Shown here piece after piece: positions 1-8,204 of a DNA stretch of 48,983 bases. The DNA lies in contig JALEUF010000150.1 of NCBI GenBank assembly GCA_022781015.1, positions 1-48,983 of the forward strand, given 5' to 3'. Position 1 is the stretch's first letter, and the number at the start of each line of letters is the position of its first letter. This DNA comes from Bacillales bacterium. Its GTDB lineage: Bacteria; Bacillota_I; Bacilli_A; RFN20; CAG-826. The notes under the pieces are model-generated. The model was given only the letters and a program-made list of their open reading frames with translations, made no database searches and had not been told where the DNA came from. The position numbers and the translations under genes are program-made.

Positions 1-1458
1 AAACTCAATAAGAAGATTTCATCATTCTCAATGGCGGAAATCAATAAATTCTCCACTGCTAGTTTAGTTACTAGAAGTACAAATGATATCGAACAAGTCC
101 AAATGACTTACCTCATGATGATGAGAATGGTTTTTGCTGCTCCGGTAACTGCAATATGGGCCATATGCAAAATCCAATCTGCCTCCTGGCAATTAACAAC
201 TGCTACTGCTGTTGCAATTGTTGTCCTAGTAATTGCACTTACTATATTAGTTGTAACAGTCTTGCCTAAATTCAAGGTTGCCCAGAAATATGTTGATAAA
301 TTAAACGGAATAACTAGAGAAAACCTAAATGGTATCAGGGTAGTTCGTGCTTATAATGCCGAGCAATACCAGGAAGATAAGTTCAAGAAAGCCAATGACG
401 ATTTAACAAAGCTAAATCTCTTTAGTGGAAGGGTCTTAGGCTTATTATCTCCAATTATAGTCATTGTAATGGATGGGGTTACTTTATCCATGTATTGGAT
501 CGGTGCCTATCTAATTAATGGTGGCACATTAGCATATAATGAAGTGTCTAGCTATACGATGTTAGTAACTCAAATCATTATGGCATTCATGATGTTATTA
601 ATGATGTTTGTCATGCTTCCTAGAGCTAGTGTCTCCGCTAAACGCATTAATGAAGTATTAGACACAAAACCATCGATAGTAGATCCAGCAAATCCTATTG
701 TTCCAGAGAAATTAGGAACAATAGAATTCAATGATGTATCTTTCTCTTATCCAGATGGAGAAGAAAACATTTTGGAACATATTTCCTTTAAAGCAAAACA
801 AGGAGATACGATTGCTATCATTGGTCCAACAGGATGTGGAAAATCTACTTTGGTTCAACTTCTAGATAGACTTTATGATGCAACTGAAGGTGAAGTAAAA
901 GTAGACGGAATCAATGTAAAAGAAATGAGTCAAACCGAACTTCATTCTAGGATTGGTTATGTTCCTCAAAAAGGCGTGCTTTTCACTGGAACAGTCAAAT
1001 CTAACATTGGTTTTGGATTGAAAGAAATTGACGATGAAGTAATTAAAAATTCCGCAAAAATCGCTTGTGCTGATGAATTTATTGAAAATATGGAAGATAA
1101 ATATGATGCAAAAATAGCACAAGGAGGAACTAATGTTTCTGGTGGGCAAAGGCAAAGGCTTTGCATTGCTAGAGCAGTTGCAACAAGACCAGAAATATTT
1201 GTCTTCGACGATTCTTTCTCTGCATTGGATTTTAAAACCGATCTCAAGGTAAGACAGAACCTAAGGGAATCACAAAAAGATGCCACCAAGGTAATAGTTG
1301 CCCAACGTATCGGAACTGTTATGGATGCTGATTTGATATTAGTTTTAGAAGAAGGGAAACTTGTAGGAAAAGGAACCCACAAGGAACTTTTACAAACCTG
1401 CAAGTTATATAAAGACATCGCCCTTTCTCAGCTTAGCAAGGAGGAACTTTCTTTATGA
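1..1458 (+). CDS. ABC exporter half-transporter (TMD-NBD), 5' end cut by window edge; subunit carrying the degenerate catalytic site
   Basis: Frame is open from nt 1 (KLNKKISSFS before the first ATG). Hydrophobic TMD is followed by an NBD with Walker A GPTGCGKST, signature VSGGQRQRL and Walker B IFVFDD. The Walker B is followed by S, i.e. FVFDDSFSALD where canonical exporters have DEATSALD. The TGA stop overlaps the next start (ATGA). Confidence 0.85.
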   Translation, partial: KLNKKISSFSMAEINKFSTASLVTRSTNDIEQVQMTYLMMMRMVFAAPVTAIWAICKIQSASWQLTTATAVAIVVLVIALTILVVTVLPKFKVAQKYVDKLNGITRENLNGIRVVRAYNAEQYQEDKFKKANDDLTKLNLFSGRVLGLLSPIIVIVMDGVTLSMYWIGAYLINGGTLAYNEVSSYTMLVTQIIMAFMMLLMMFVMLPRASVSAKRINEVLDTKPSIVDPANPIVPEKLGTIEFNDVSFSYPDGEENILEHISFKAKQGDTIAIIGPTGCGKSTLVQLLDRLYDATEGEVKVDGINVKEMSQTELHSRIGYVPQKGVLFTGTVKSNIGFGLKEIDDEVIKNSAKIACADEFIENMEDKYDAKIAQGGTNVSGGQRQRLCIARAVATRPEIFVFDDSFSALDFKTDLKVRQNLRESQKDATKVIVAQRIGTVMDADLILVLEEGKLVGKGTHKELLQTCKLYKDIALSQLSKEELSL

Positions 1459-3257
1459 AAAAAGGTAATTTCAAAAAAGACAAAGTCTCTAAGAAAGAAT
1501 TAGGGAAGGCACTAAAGAATATTCTTGGTACTTCCAAGAAGTTCTATGCTCCAATTATTATTTCAGCCATCTTTATTCTTGCTGGGGTTGTTATTTCTAT
1601 TATTGCTCCTCAATACCTTTCAAAAATGACCAATGAGATAGCAAACAATGCTCTCAAACAAACAATTAATATAGATATAGTTGCTAAAAATGGATTCATA
1701 TTATTGGGGTTATATATTTCTAGTGCCATCCTTACATATTTATCTAGTTTCCTTTTAACTGGAGTTACCCAAAAATATGCGAATGCATTAAGAAAATCTA
1801 TTTCTGAAAAAATAAATGTCATCCCATTACGTTATTTTGATTCGCATCAAGTTGGTGACATACTTTCTAGAGTTACTAACGATGTAGACTCCGTCGCTCA
1901 AAGTTTAGACCAATCAATTTCAATGATGCTTCAATCAATATTCATGTTGATTGGTTCATTAATTGGGATGTTCGCCACTTCTTATTTAATGGCATTAACT
2001 GCCTTAATTTCTCTACCACTCATGCTTATATTCTTAGGCATAATCATGAAATTTGCCATGCCTCAATTCTTGAAAAGGCAAGAACAAATCGGTGATATTA
2101 ATGGGGTCGTAGAAGAAAAGTTCTCTGGCCAATTGATAATCAAACTATTCAATGCCGAAGAGAAAGTAGATGAAGTATTTAATTCTAAAAACATTACTTT
2201 AGGCACGACGATGTTTAAGGCCCAATGCTGTGGCGGATTAATGCAACCTTTGATGTCTTTCGTTTCCTATTTTGCCTATGTAGCCGTCTTAGTAGTTGGT
2301 GGAATTCTTTTAAGCGATGGAAAAGTCGATTACGGAACCATCACTGCTTTCTTAGTCTATGTAAGGTTATTCCAGCAACCAATGACCCAAATGGCTCAAG
2401 CCATGAATACACTTCAAACAGTTGGAGCCGCCAGCAAACGCGTCTTTGATTTCTTAGAAGAAAAAGAACTTGATGATGAAACTGGAAAGACAAGAAAATT
2501 AATCGGAGTAGATGGCAAAGAGCAAGTTAAAGGCGAAATCGAATTCAAACATATTAACTTCTCTTATGATCCATCTAGAGAAATCATCCATGACTTCTCT
2601 GCCAAGATTAAACCTGGCTCAAAAGTTGCTATAGTAGGTCCTACAGGCGCAGGAAAAACCACCATGGTCAATCTCCTTATGAGGTTCTATGAAATCAATT
2701 CTGGGGATATTTTAATCGATGGGGTGTCTATTAAAGATATGCCTAGAGAGGAAATCCATGATATTTTTGGCATGGTTTTACAAGACACATGGGTTTTTGA
2801 AGGAACAATGAGGGAAAACATTGTTTTCAACAGTCCTGCCATTCCTGATGATGAACTAAAGCAAATTTGCAAAGATGCTAACATCTACCACTTCATTAGG
2901 ACTCTTCCAGGCAAATTAGATTGCGAACTATCTAATGCAGGTTCTATTTCCTCTGGGCAAAAGCAACTTATAACCATTGCTAGGGCTATGGTTAGGGAAG
3001 CACCTTTATTAATATTAGATGAAGCCACATCTAACGTTGATACACGTACAGAAGAGCTTATCCAGGAAGCCATGGATAATCTTACTAAAGGAAGGACAAG
3101 TTTTGTTATTGCCCACCGTTTATCCACGATCAAGAATGCTGACTTAATCTTAGTCATGAAGGATGGGAACATTGTTGAACAAGGAACTCATGAATCCTTA
3201 ATGAAAGACAACGGTTTCTATGCCTCCTTGTATAACTCTCAATTCTCATTTCAATAA
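1455..3257 (+). CDS. ABC exporter half-transporter (TMD-NBD), partner subunit with canonical Walker B but non-canonical signature
   Basis: 600 aa with an N-terminal multi-TM domain. Walker A GPTGAGKTT, Walker B LLILDEATSNVD, H-loop IAHRLST. Signature motif reads ISSGQKQ instead of LSGGQ. Translationally coupled to the upstream gene. Confidence 0.9.
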   Translation: MKKGNFKKDKVSKKELGKALKNILGTSKKFYAPIIISAIFILAGVVISIIAPQYLSKMTNEIANNALKQTINIDIVAKNGFILLGLYISSAILTYLSSFLLTGVTQKYANALRKSISEKINVIPLRYFDSHQVGDILSRVTNDVDSVAQSLDQSISMMLQSIFMLIGSLIGMFATSYLMALTALISLPLMLIFLGIIMKFAMPQFLKRQEQIGDINGVVEEKFSGQLIIKLFNAEEKVDEVFNSKNITLGTTMFKAQCCGGLMQPLMSFVSYFAYVAVLVVGGILLSDGKVDYGTITAFLVYVRLFQQPMTQMAQAMNTLQTVGAASKRVFDFLEEKELDDETGKTRKLIGVDGKEQVKGEIEFKHINFSYDPSREIIHDFSAKIKPGSKVAIVGPTGAGKTTMVNLLMRFYEINSGDILIDGVSIKDMPREEIHDIFGMVLQDTWVFEGTMRENIVFNSPAIPDDELKQICKDANIYHFIRTLPGKLDCELSNAGSISSGQKQLITIARAMVREAPLLILDEATSNVDTRTEELIQEAMDNLTKGRTSFVIAHRLSTIKNADLILVMKDGNIVEQGTHESLMKDNGFYASLYNSQFSFQ

Positions 3258-3281
3258 TTAAAAACACAAATCAAAAGACTT

Positions 3282-3333
3282 TGATGTTACGAACTCGATG
3301 AGTATATAAACTCACGAAAGCTGTAACATCAAC
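3282..3333 (+). other. Long imperfect hairpin 25 nt after the ABC operon stop
   Basis: Outer arms ttgatgttac (3282-3291) and gtaacatcaa (3324-3333) are perfectly complementary. Inner arms cg(a)tgagt / actcacg form a second stem. No U-run follows. Confidence 0.5.
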
Positions 3334-3348
3334 GGGGATAGATTAATG

Positions 3349-3377
3349 AGCATTCAAAAGGGTGCTCTTTTTATTTG
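3349..3377 (+). terminator. Rho-independent terminator candidate for the ABC exporter operon
   Basis: gagca(t) ... (g)tgctc stem followed by tttttattt. Confidence 0.5.
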
Positions 3378-3704
3378 GGATTTCTCTTAAGCGAAGACAA
3401 TCAAAGATTCTTATGATAGGAAACGCATTAGCGCATTAGTAAAAGCTGTAACAAACTATGAGGATAAAGGCATTAATTCATCCCCATTAAAAGTTACAGA
3501 TTTCATGAGTGTTATAGAACGTCAGGCCTGTTCATCAGGTAACCTTAAAAGAATAAATGAAATCAGACGAATCAATGTCAATTAACAAAAGCAAAAATCA
3601 TTCTGTTTCAAAAACGAATCTGGCATTCATAGAAAAGATAAAAATAAGAAAAATACCATTGTTTTGTTATTTCGTCCGTTTTTGTATATAATTTATAAGA
3701 CCAA

Positions 3705-4310
3705 ATGAGAGAAAGAATTGAAAAATCGATAATTGAGCTAATCCAGCAAAAAGAAGAAGGCAGCGTCTTTGTTGCTAATGATTTTCTTTCTTTTGGCAGT
3801 CTTTCTAGCGTCAATCGTGCATTGTCTAGAATTAACGGAAAAGGGTTAATTAAAAGGTTAGAACACGGGTTATACGCAAAACTAAAATTTGACCCTTTAT
3901 TAGATGAATTCACGATGCCGAATATTAATGATGTTGCCCTTGCAATAGCTAGGAAGAACGCCTGGACAATTTTGCCTTGTGGCGACAATGCAAAATTCCA
4001 ATTAGGATTAATTCCTTACTTTAACGGAATTTATGAATACGCTTCAAACGGGCCTTATAGGACTTATTTATATGAGAATAATTCAATTACGTTTAAAAGA
4101 ACATCTTCTAAATCCATATCGAATTTATCCTTTAAAACAGGCCTTGTTATTCAAGCGATAAAAGCCATTGGAAAATCCAATATAAAAGAGAAGGATATTC
4201 GCCTTATCTCTTCTAAATTATCTAGACAAGAAAAAGATATGGCATTAGAAGAATCTAAACGCGTCCAGGCGTGGATTTATGATCTTATTAAGCTAATTAA
4301 CCAATTATAG
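3705..4310 (+). CDS. AbiEi-type antitoxin-like / DUF6088-like winged-helix protein (orphan)
   Basis: 201 aa. The N-terminal pattern ...FVANDFLSFGSLSSVNRALSRINGKGLIKRLEHGLYAKL matches, from memory, the AbiEi N-terminal wHTH signature (aLsrL..G.i.rv.rGlY). TATAAT at 3688-3693 lies only 11 nt before the ATG and there is no SD. Confidence 0.6.
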   Translation: MRERIEKSIIELIQQKEEGSVFVANDFLSFGSLSSVNRALSRINGKGLIKRLEHGLYAKLKFDPLLDEFTMPNINDVALAIARKNAWTILPCGDNAKFQLGLIPYFNGIYEYASNGPYRTYLYENNSITFKRTSSKSISNLSFKTGLVIQAIKAIGKSNIKEKDIRLISSKLSRQEKDMALEESKRVQAWIYDLIKLINQL

Positions 4311-4371
4311 TTTTCCCACTTCTTAAATAGGCTGTTTCCATAGGTTTTACCCACCGCCCAAATCGTTAAGA

Positions 4372-4406
4372 AAGTAAAAGAAAACCCTGAATATTTCTAC
4401 TCAGGG
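4372..4406 (-). terminator. ftsH terminator
   Basis: ccctga (4385-4390) pairs with tcaggg (4401-4406). On the minus strand this is followed by ttttcttttacttt. Confidence 0.6.
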
Positions 4407-4421
4407 TGAAAGACAAACAAT

Positions 4422-6548
4422 TTATTTATCTTCTTTTGGAGCCACTTCAGAAGCGTCTTCTTTTTTGGTTTCTTCCCCACTAGAAGGAATGGTTTCAGTA
4501 GGAGTTTCTACATGCTTTTCTTCTTTTGGTAAAGAACCGTGTTCTACAAGATAAGAAATCTCTTCGGCTGTAATGGTTTCTTTTTCAAGAAGAGTTTCAG
4601 CAATCAAGATAACTTCATCTTTATGTTCTAATAAGAGCTTTCTGGCGTTTTCATGGGCTTCATCGATTATTTTCCTAACTGCCTTATCGATTTCAAAGGC
4701 AATTTGGGTCGAGAAGTTCTTTTGGGTGGAATTGTAGTCTCTACCAAGGAAGACAGAGCCGGTATTTTGCTCATATTGGATTGGTCCAAGTTCAGACATA
4801 CCAAGTTCAGTAACCATAAGTCTAGCGATTCTAGTAGCTTCTTGGATGTCGTTAGAAGCGCCTGTAGTAACATCTTGGAAGAATATTTCTTCAGAAGTTC
4901 TACCGCCTAATAAGCCAGTAATTCTAGCAATAAGTTCGTTTTTGGTTAATAAGAAGCGATCGTCTTCAGGAGTCATCAAGACATGGCCACCAGTATTTCC
5001 TCTAGGAATGATGGTAATCTTTTGGACCTTATCAGAAAATGGGAGGTTTAGTCCAATAACAGCGTGTCCAGCCTCATGATAAGCGACTTCTTTTCTTTCG
5101 ACAGGAGACATGGCGCGGCTAGATTTAGCAGGTCCTGAAATTCTTCTATCGATAGCTTCGTCGATATCGGCAATATCGATGCAGTCTTTGTTTTCCCTAA
5201 CAGCAAGGATGGCAGCTTCATTTAATACGTTGTCAAGATCAGCACCAGAGAAACCTACGGTTCTTTTGGCTAAAGCACCAAAATCAACTCCTGGAGCAAT
5301 CTTTTTATTACGGGCATGTACTTTTAAGATAGCCTCACGCCCTTCTTTGTCTGGCAACGAAACGGTTATTGTCCTATCAAATCTACCAGCTCTTCTTAAA
5401 GCTGGGTCAAGAACATCATCACGGTTAGTAGCAGCAATAACTAGGATACCTGAATTAGCTTCAAAGCCATCCATTTCGACAAGCAATTGGTTAAGAGTTT
5501 GTTCTCTTTCGTCGTTGCCTCCGCCAAGTCCTGCGCCTCTTTGACGTCCAACAGCATCGATTTCATCGATAAATATTAGACATGGAGCGGTTTCTTTGGC
5601 TTTCTTGAACAAGTCACGTACACGACCTGCGCCAACACCGACATACATTTCAACAAAGTCAGACCCAGAGATTGAATAGAATGGAACTCCAGCCTCACCA
5701 GCAACAGCCTTAGCAAGTAAAGTTTTACCAGTACCTGGAGGGCCAATTAGCAAGACACCTTTTGGTAATCTAGCGCCAAATTTAGAATATTTCTTTGGAT
5801 CTTTTAGATATTCAACAAGTTCGACCATTTCGGCCTTTTCGGCATCGCATCCAGCAACATCACTGAACTTTACTTTAGAAGAAGCTTTTCTAGCAGGTGA
5901 CTTATTGAACCCTAGGACATTATTATTCATTCCAGAAACGGACGAATTAAGTCTAGAGAAGATAAATAAGCCAATTATTAAGATAATTCCTGTAGATATT
6001 AAAGTTGGTCCCCATGTGTCCCACCAAGAGACTTGGAAAGCATCTTTATTATTTAAAGAAGCACCCGATCCTTGGTTTCTAATTCCAAATTGGTCAATTC
6101 TAACTGTAAATATGCTTTGGTATGAAAGGTGAGTGTATTCATAATGGGCGCCAGTTTCATCGGTAGCAAAAGTAGTAAAATCACTAGTCCAAACAGATTC
6201 ATCAATAACAACCGAGAATATACGTTTTGTATTACTGGTCTTATCGATGTAATTACCTTTGACCGTAACGGCTTTATAGCCATGGCTAGCTTCGACATAA
6301 TAAACTTGTTTGTTTGTTAAATCGAAATCAGTAAGGGTACCATTGGCTTCCTTTTCGCCGCTAGCATTTGTTGTAATACTAGTTGTATAACCTAAATAAT
6401 TATCCAAATCACTATAGGCCCAAGTTTCACCCTTGCCAACCATGCTGGAAACAATTAGCCAAATAAATACGCCAACTGTTGCAGCCATTAATATGTAAGG
6501 AAGGATAAAACTGAATATACTCTTTTTTGGGGCTTTTCCGTCGTTCAT
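4422..6548 (-). CDS. ftsH: ATP-dependent zinc metalloprotease FtsH
   Basis: Two N-terminal TM segments. AAA motifs GPPGTGKT and LIFIDEID. Zn motif HEAGHA. SD aaggag upstream of the ATG. Confidence 0.97.
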   Translation of the reverse strand: MNDGKAPKKSIFSFILPYILMAATVGVFIWLIVSSMVGKGETWAYSDLDNYLGYTTSITTNASGEKEANGTLTDFDLTNKQVYYVEASHGYKAVTVKGNYIDKTSNTKRIFSVVIDESVWTSDFTTFATDETGAHYEYTHLSYQSIFTVRIDQFGIRNQGSGASLNNKDAFQVSWWDTWGPTLISTGIILIIGLFIFSRLNSSVSGMNNNVLGFNKSPARKASSKVKFSDVAGCDAEKAEMVELVEYLKDPKKYSKFGARLPKGVLLIGPPGTGKTLLAKAVAGEAGVPFYSISGSDFVEMYVGVGAGRVRDLFKKAKETAPCLIFIDEIDAVGRQRGAGLGGGNDEREQTLNQLLVEMDGFEANSGILVIAATNRDDVLDPALRRAGRFDRTITVSLPDKEGREAILKVHARNKKIAPGVDFGALAKRTVGFSGADLDNVLNEAAILAVRENKDCIDIADIDEAIDRRISGPAKSSRAMSPVERKEVAYHEAGHAVIGLNLPFSDKVQKITIIPRGNTGGHVLMTPEDDRFLLTKNELIARITGLLGGRTSEEIFFQDVTTGASNDIQEATRIARLMVTELGMSELGPIQYEQNTGSVFLGRDYNSTQKNFSTQIAFEIDKAVRKIIDEAHENARKLLLEHKDEVILIAETLLEKETITAEEISYLVEHGSLPKEEKHVETPTETIPSSGEETKKEDASEVAPKEDK

Positions 6549-6653
6549 TTTGTTCTCCTTTTCAATTGATTATTTTTTCTTCTTTTAACGTGCGTGCGTT
6601 AGGAAATTTACACTAAAATCAAGAATATGCAAATACATTGCAACCCTATTTGT

Positions 6654-7904
6654 CTATTTAATTGTCTTCATCTTCAAAATAGAGGTGTGGTATTCGCTGA
6701 AAGTTTGCCTATAACGTGGAACATATATTATTTTTCCGTCTTTATTGACAAATACTGGCCAAATATAACGCAAAGTAACTGGCATCTTCCAAACAGAATA
6801 TAACCTTCTAACAGGCTCTAAATATCCATGTATGACATAATTATCAGTTGGAAGGACGCTTCTTACCGTTAATGGGTAGTCTTCGTCTTTAATACCTCTA
6901 TCTAAAGCTCCCATAGAGAAGTCTAATTCAAAATATGGAGTATCTAATTTGCCGTTTTTCTCTAAAGTATAGGTATATGGCAATTCTTTTGGATTATTTC
7001 CAACCATAATGACATCATATTCCTTGATTAAATAAGTAGAATCATTTAATTTCATAGCCAAATTTGGTTGAGGGGCAAGGCAAAATTTACGGATTGCTTC
7101 GTAATCTTTAACCTTTAAACTAACTTTTCTAGAAGCAGTAGAAACTAGTTTATTAATAGCGTTGATAAATCCGTCGTAAGGAAGGGCGATCAAGGCACGG
7201 ATGTCTAATTCATCAGCAACAACGGCTTCATGGATGACACTATCAGAAAGACCAAATTGTTCATCATTAGCAGCCCTCATTTCATCAAGGACCTTTTCGC
7301 GGTCAATCTCGCTCATCTTCGAAATAACATCTCTTCTAATTGAATTACGCATGTATTCATCTTCGTTTTTGGAAGCACTAGTAGAATAAGGAACATGATT
7401 TTCGTTATCATAATCGATTAGATCTTGCTTTGAATAATTAAGCAAAGGTCTAACAACAACCATTCCTTCAACAGTAGACATTGGAAACAATCCATAATGG
7501 GCAACATGTCCTTTTCTTTGCTTTTGAAGAAGGTAAGTTTCAATTAAATCATCTTGTTGATGGGCCACAAAGAAAGCAGAGGCGTTATATTTTTCATATA
7601 TTTTCTTGAAGAAGTCATATCTAACTCTTCTAGCAAATTCTTTATAATCCTCGTTTTCTTTAATCTTTTCTTCTTTTGGGAGATCGTTTGTGTCTAATCC
7701 TTCAAAAACTAGCCCATTCTTCTGGCAATAATCTCTTAAAGAAGCGAAATCTGAATCGCTAGAATCGAATTTATGATAATTAAGGGAACAAACAACAGGT
7801 TTTATCCCCTTTTTGACCATCATATCTATCAAGGCCATGGAATCAGAACCAAAAGTACCTGCAACTAGGTAAGTAGAAGATTCATCAAATTTGAAATCAA
7901 TCAT
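6654..7904 (-). CDS. tilS: tRNA(Ile)-lysidine synthase-like PP-loop ATPase
   Basis: Conserved TilS blocks ARRVRYDFF, VAHQQDDLIETYLL, VVRPLL and RNSIRR. Position between the S4 gene and ftsH matches Bacillus. The PP-loop reads TFGSDS rather than SGGxDS. TAATG overlap with the upstream gene. Confidence 0.8.
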   Translation of the reverse strand: MIDFKFDESSTYLVAGTFGSDSMALIDMMVKKGIKPVVCSLNYHKFDSSDSDFASLRDYCQKNGLVFEGLDTNDLPKEEKIKENEDYKEFARRVRYDFFKKIYEKYNASAFFVAHQQDDLIETYLLQKQRKGHVAHYGLFPMSTVEGMVVVRPLLNYSKQDLIDYDNENHVPYSTSASKNEDEYMRNSIRRDVISKMSEIDREKVLDEMRAANDEQFGLSDSVIHEAVVADELDIRALIALPYDGFINAINKLVSTASRKVSLKVKDYEAIRKFCLAPQPNLAMKLNDSTYLIKEYDVIMVGNNPKELPYTYTLEKNGKLDTPYFELDFSMGALDRGIKDEDYPLTVRSVLPTDNYVIHGYLEPVRRLYSVWKMPVTLRYIWPVFVNKDGKIIYVPRYRQTFSEYHTSILKMKTIK

Positions 7905-8158
7905 TACATTTCTCCTTCATCGATAAGGGTAAACATTTCTTGGCAAGTAGACTTGTTTGCATAAGGTAATATCTTATTTACCTTGCCAAGCACATATTTA
8001 GAACCGAGAATCAATTTAATTTCGTCCCCTTCATTAATTTCGCTAGAGGCTTTAGCAATTTTCCCATTAATTGATACTTTGGAAGCGTCACATAGCTGTT
8101 TTGCTATTTCCCTACGCTTAATTAACCTAGAAACTTTTAAAAATTTATCAATTCTCAT
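7904..8158 (-). CDS. S4-domain RNA-binding protein (YabO/Hsp15-like)
   Basis: MRIDKFLKVSRLIKRREIAKQL... is a typical S4 N-terminus. The start was trimmed from the ORF-track 8227 to the ATG at 8158 so that it no longer overlaps the end of mfd. Confidence 0.8.
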   Translation of the reverse strand: MRIDKFLKVSRLIKRREIAKQLCDASKVSINGKIAKASSEINEGDEIKLILGSKYVLGKVNKILPYANKSTCQEMFTLIDEGEM

Positions 8159-8204
8159 CCTATATAGGATAACACAATTCCCATAAAGGGAATGCTTATA
8201 AATT

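Noticed and set aside
3347-3391. Short ORF MSIQKGALFIWDFS.
   Set aside because: Its codons are the stem, loop and U-tract of the terminator hairpin at 3349-3377.
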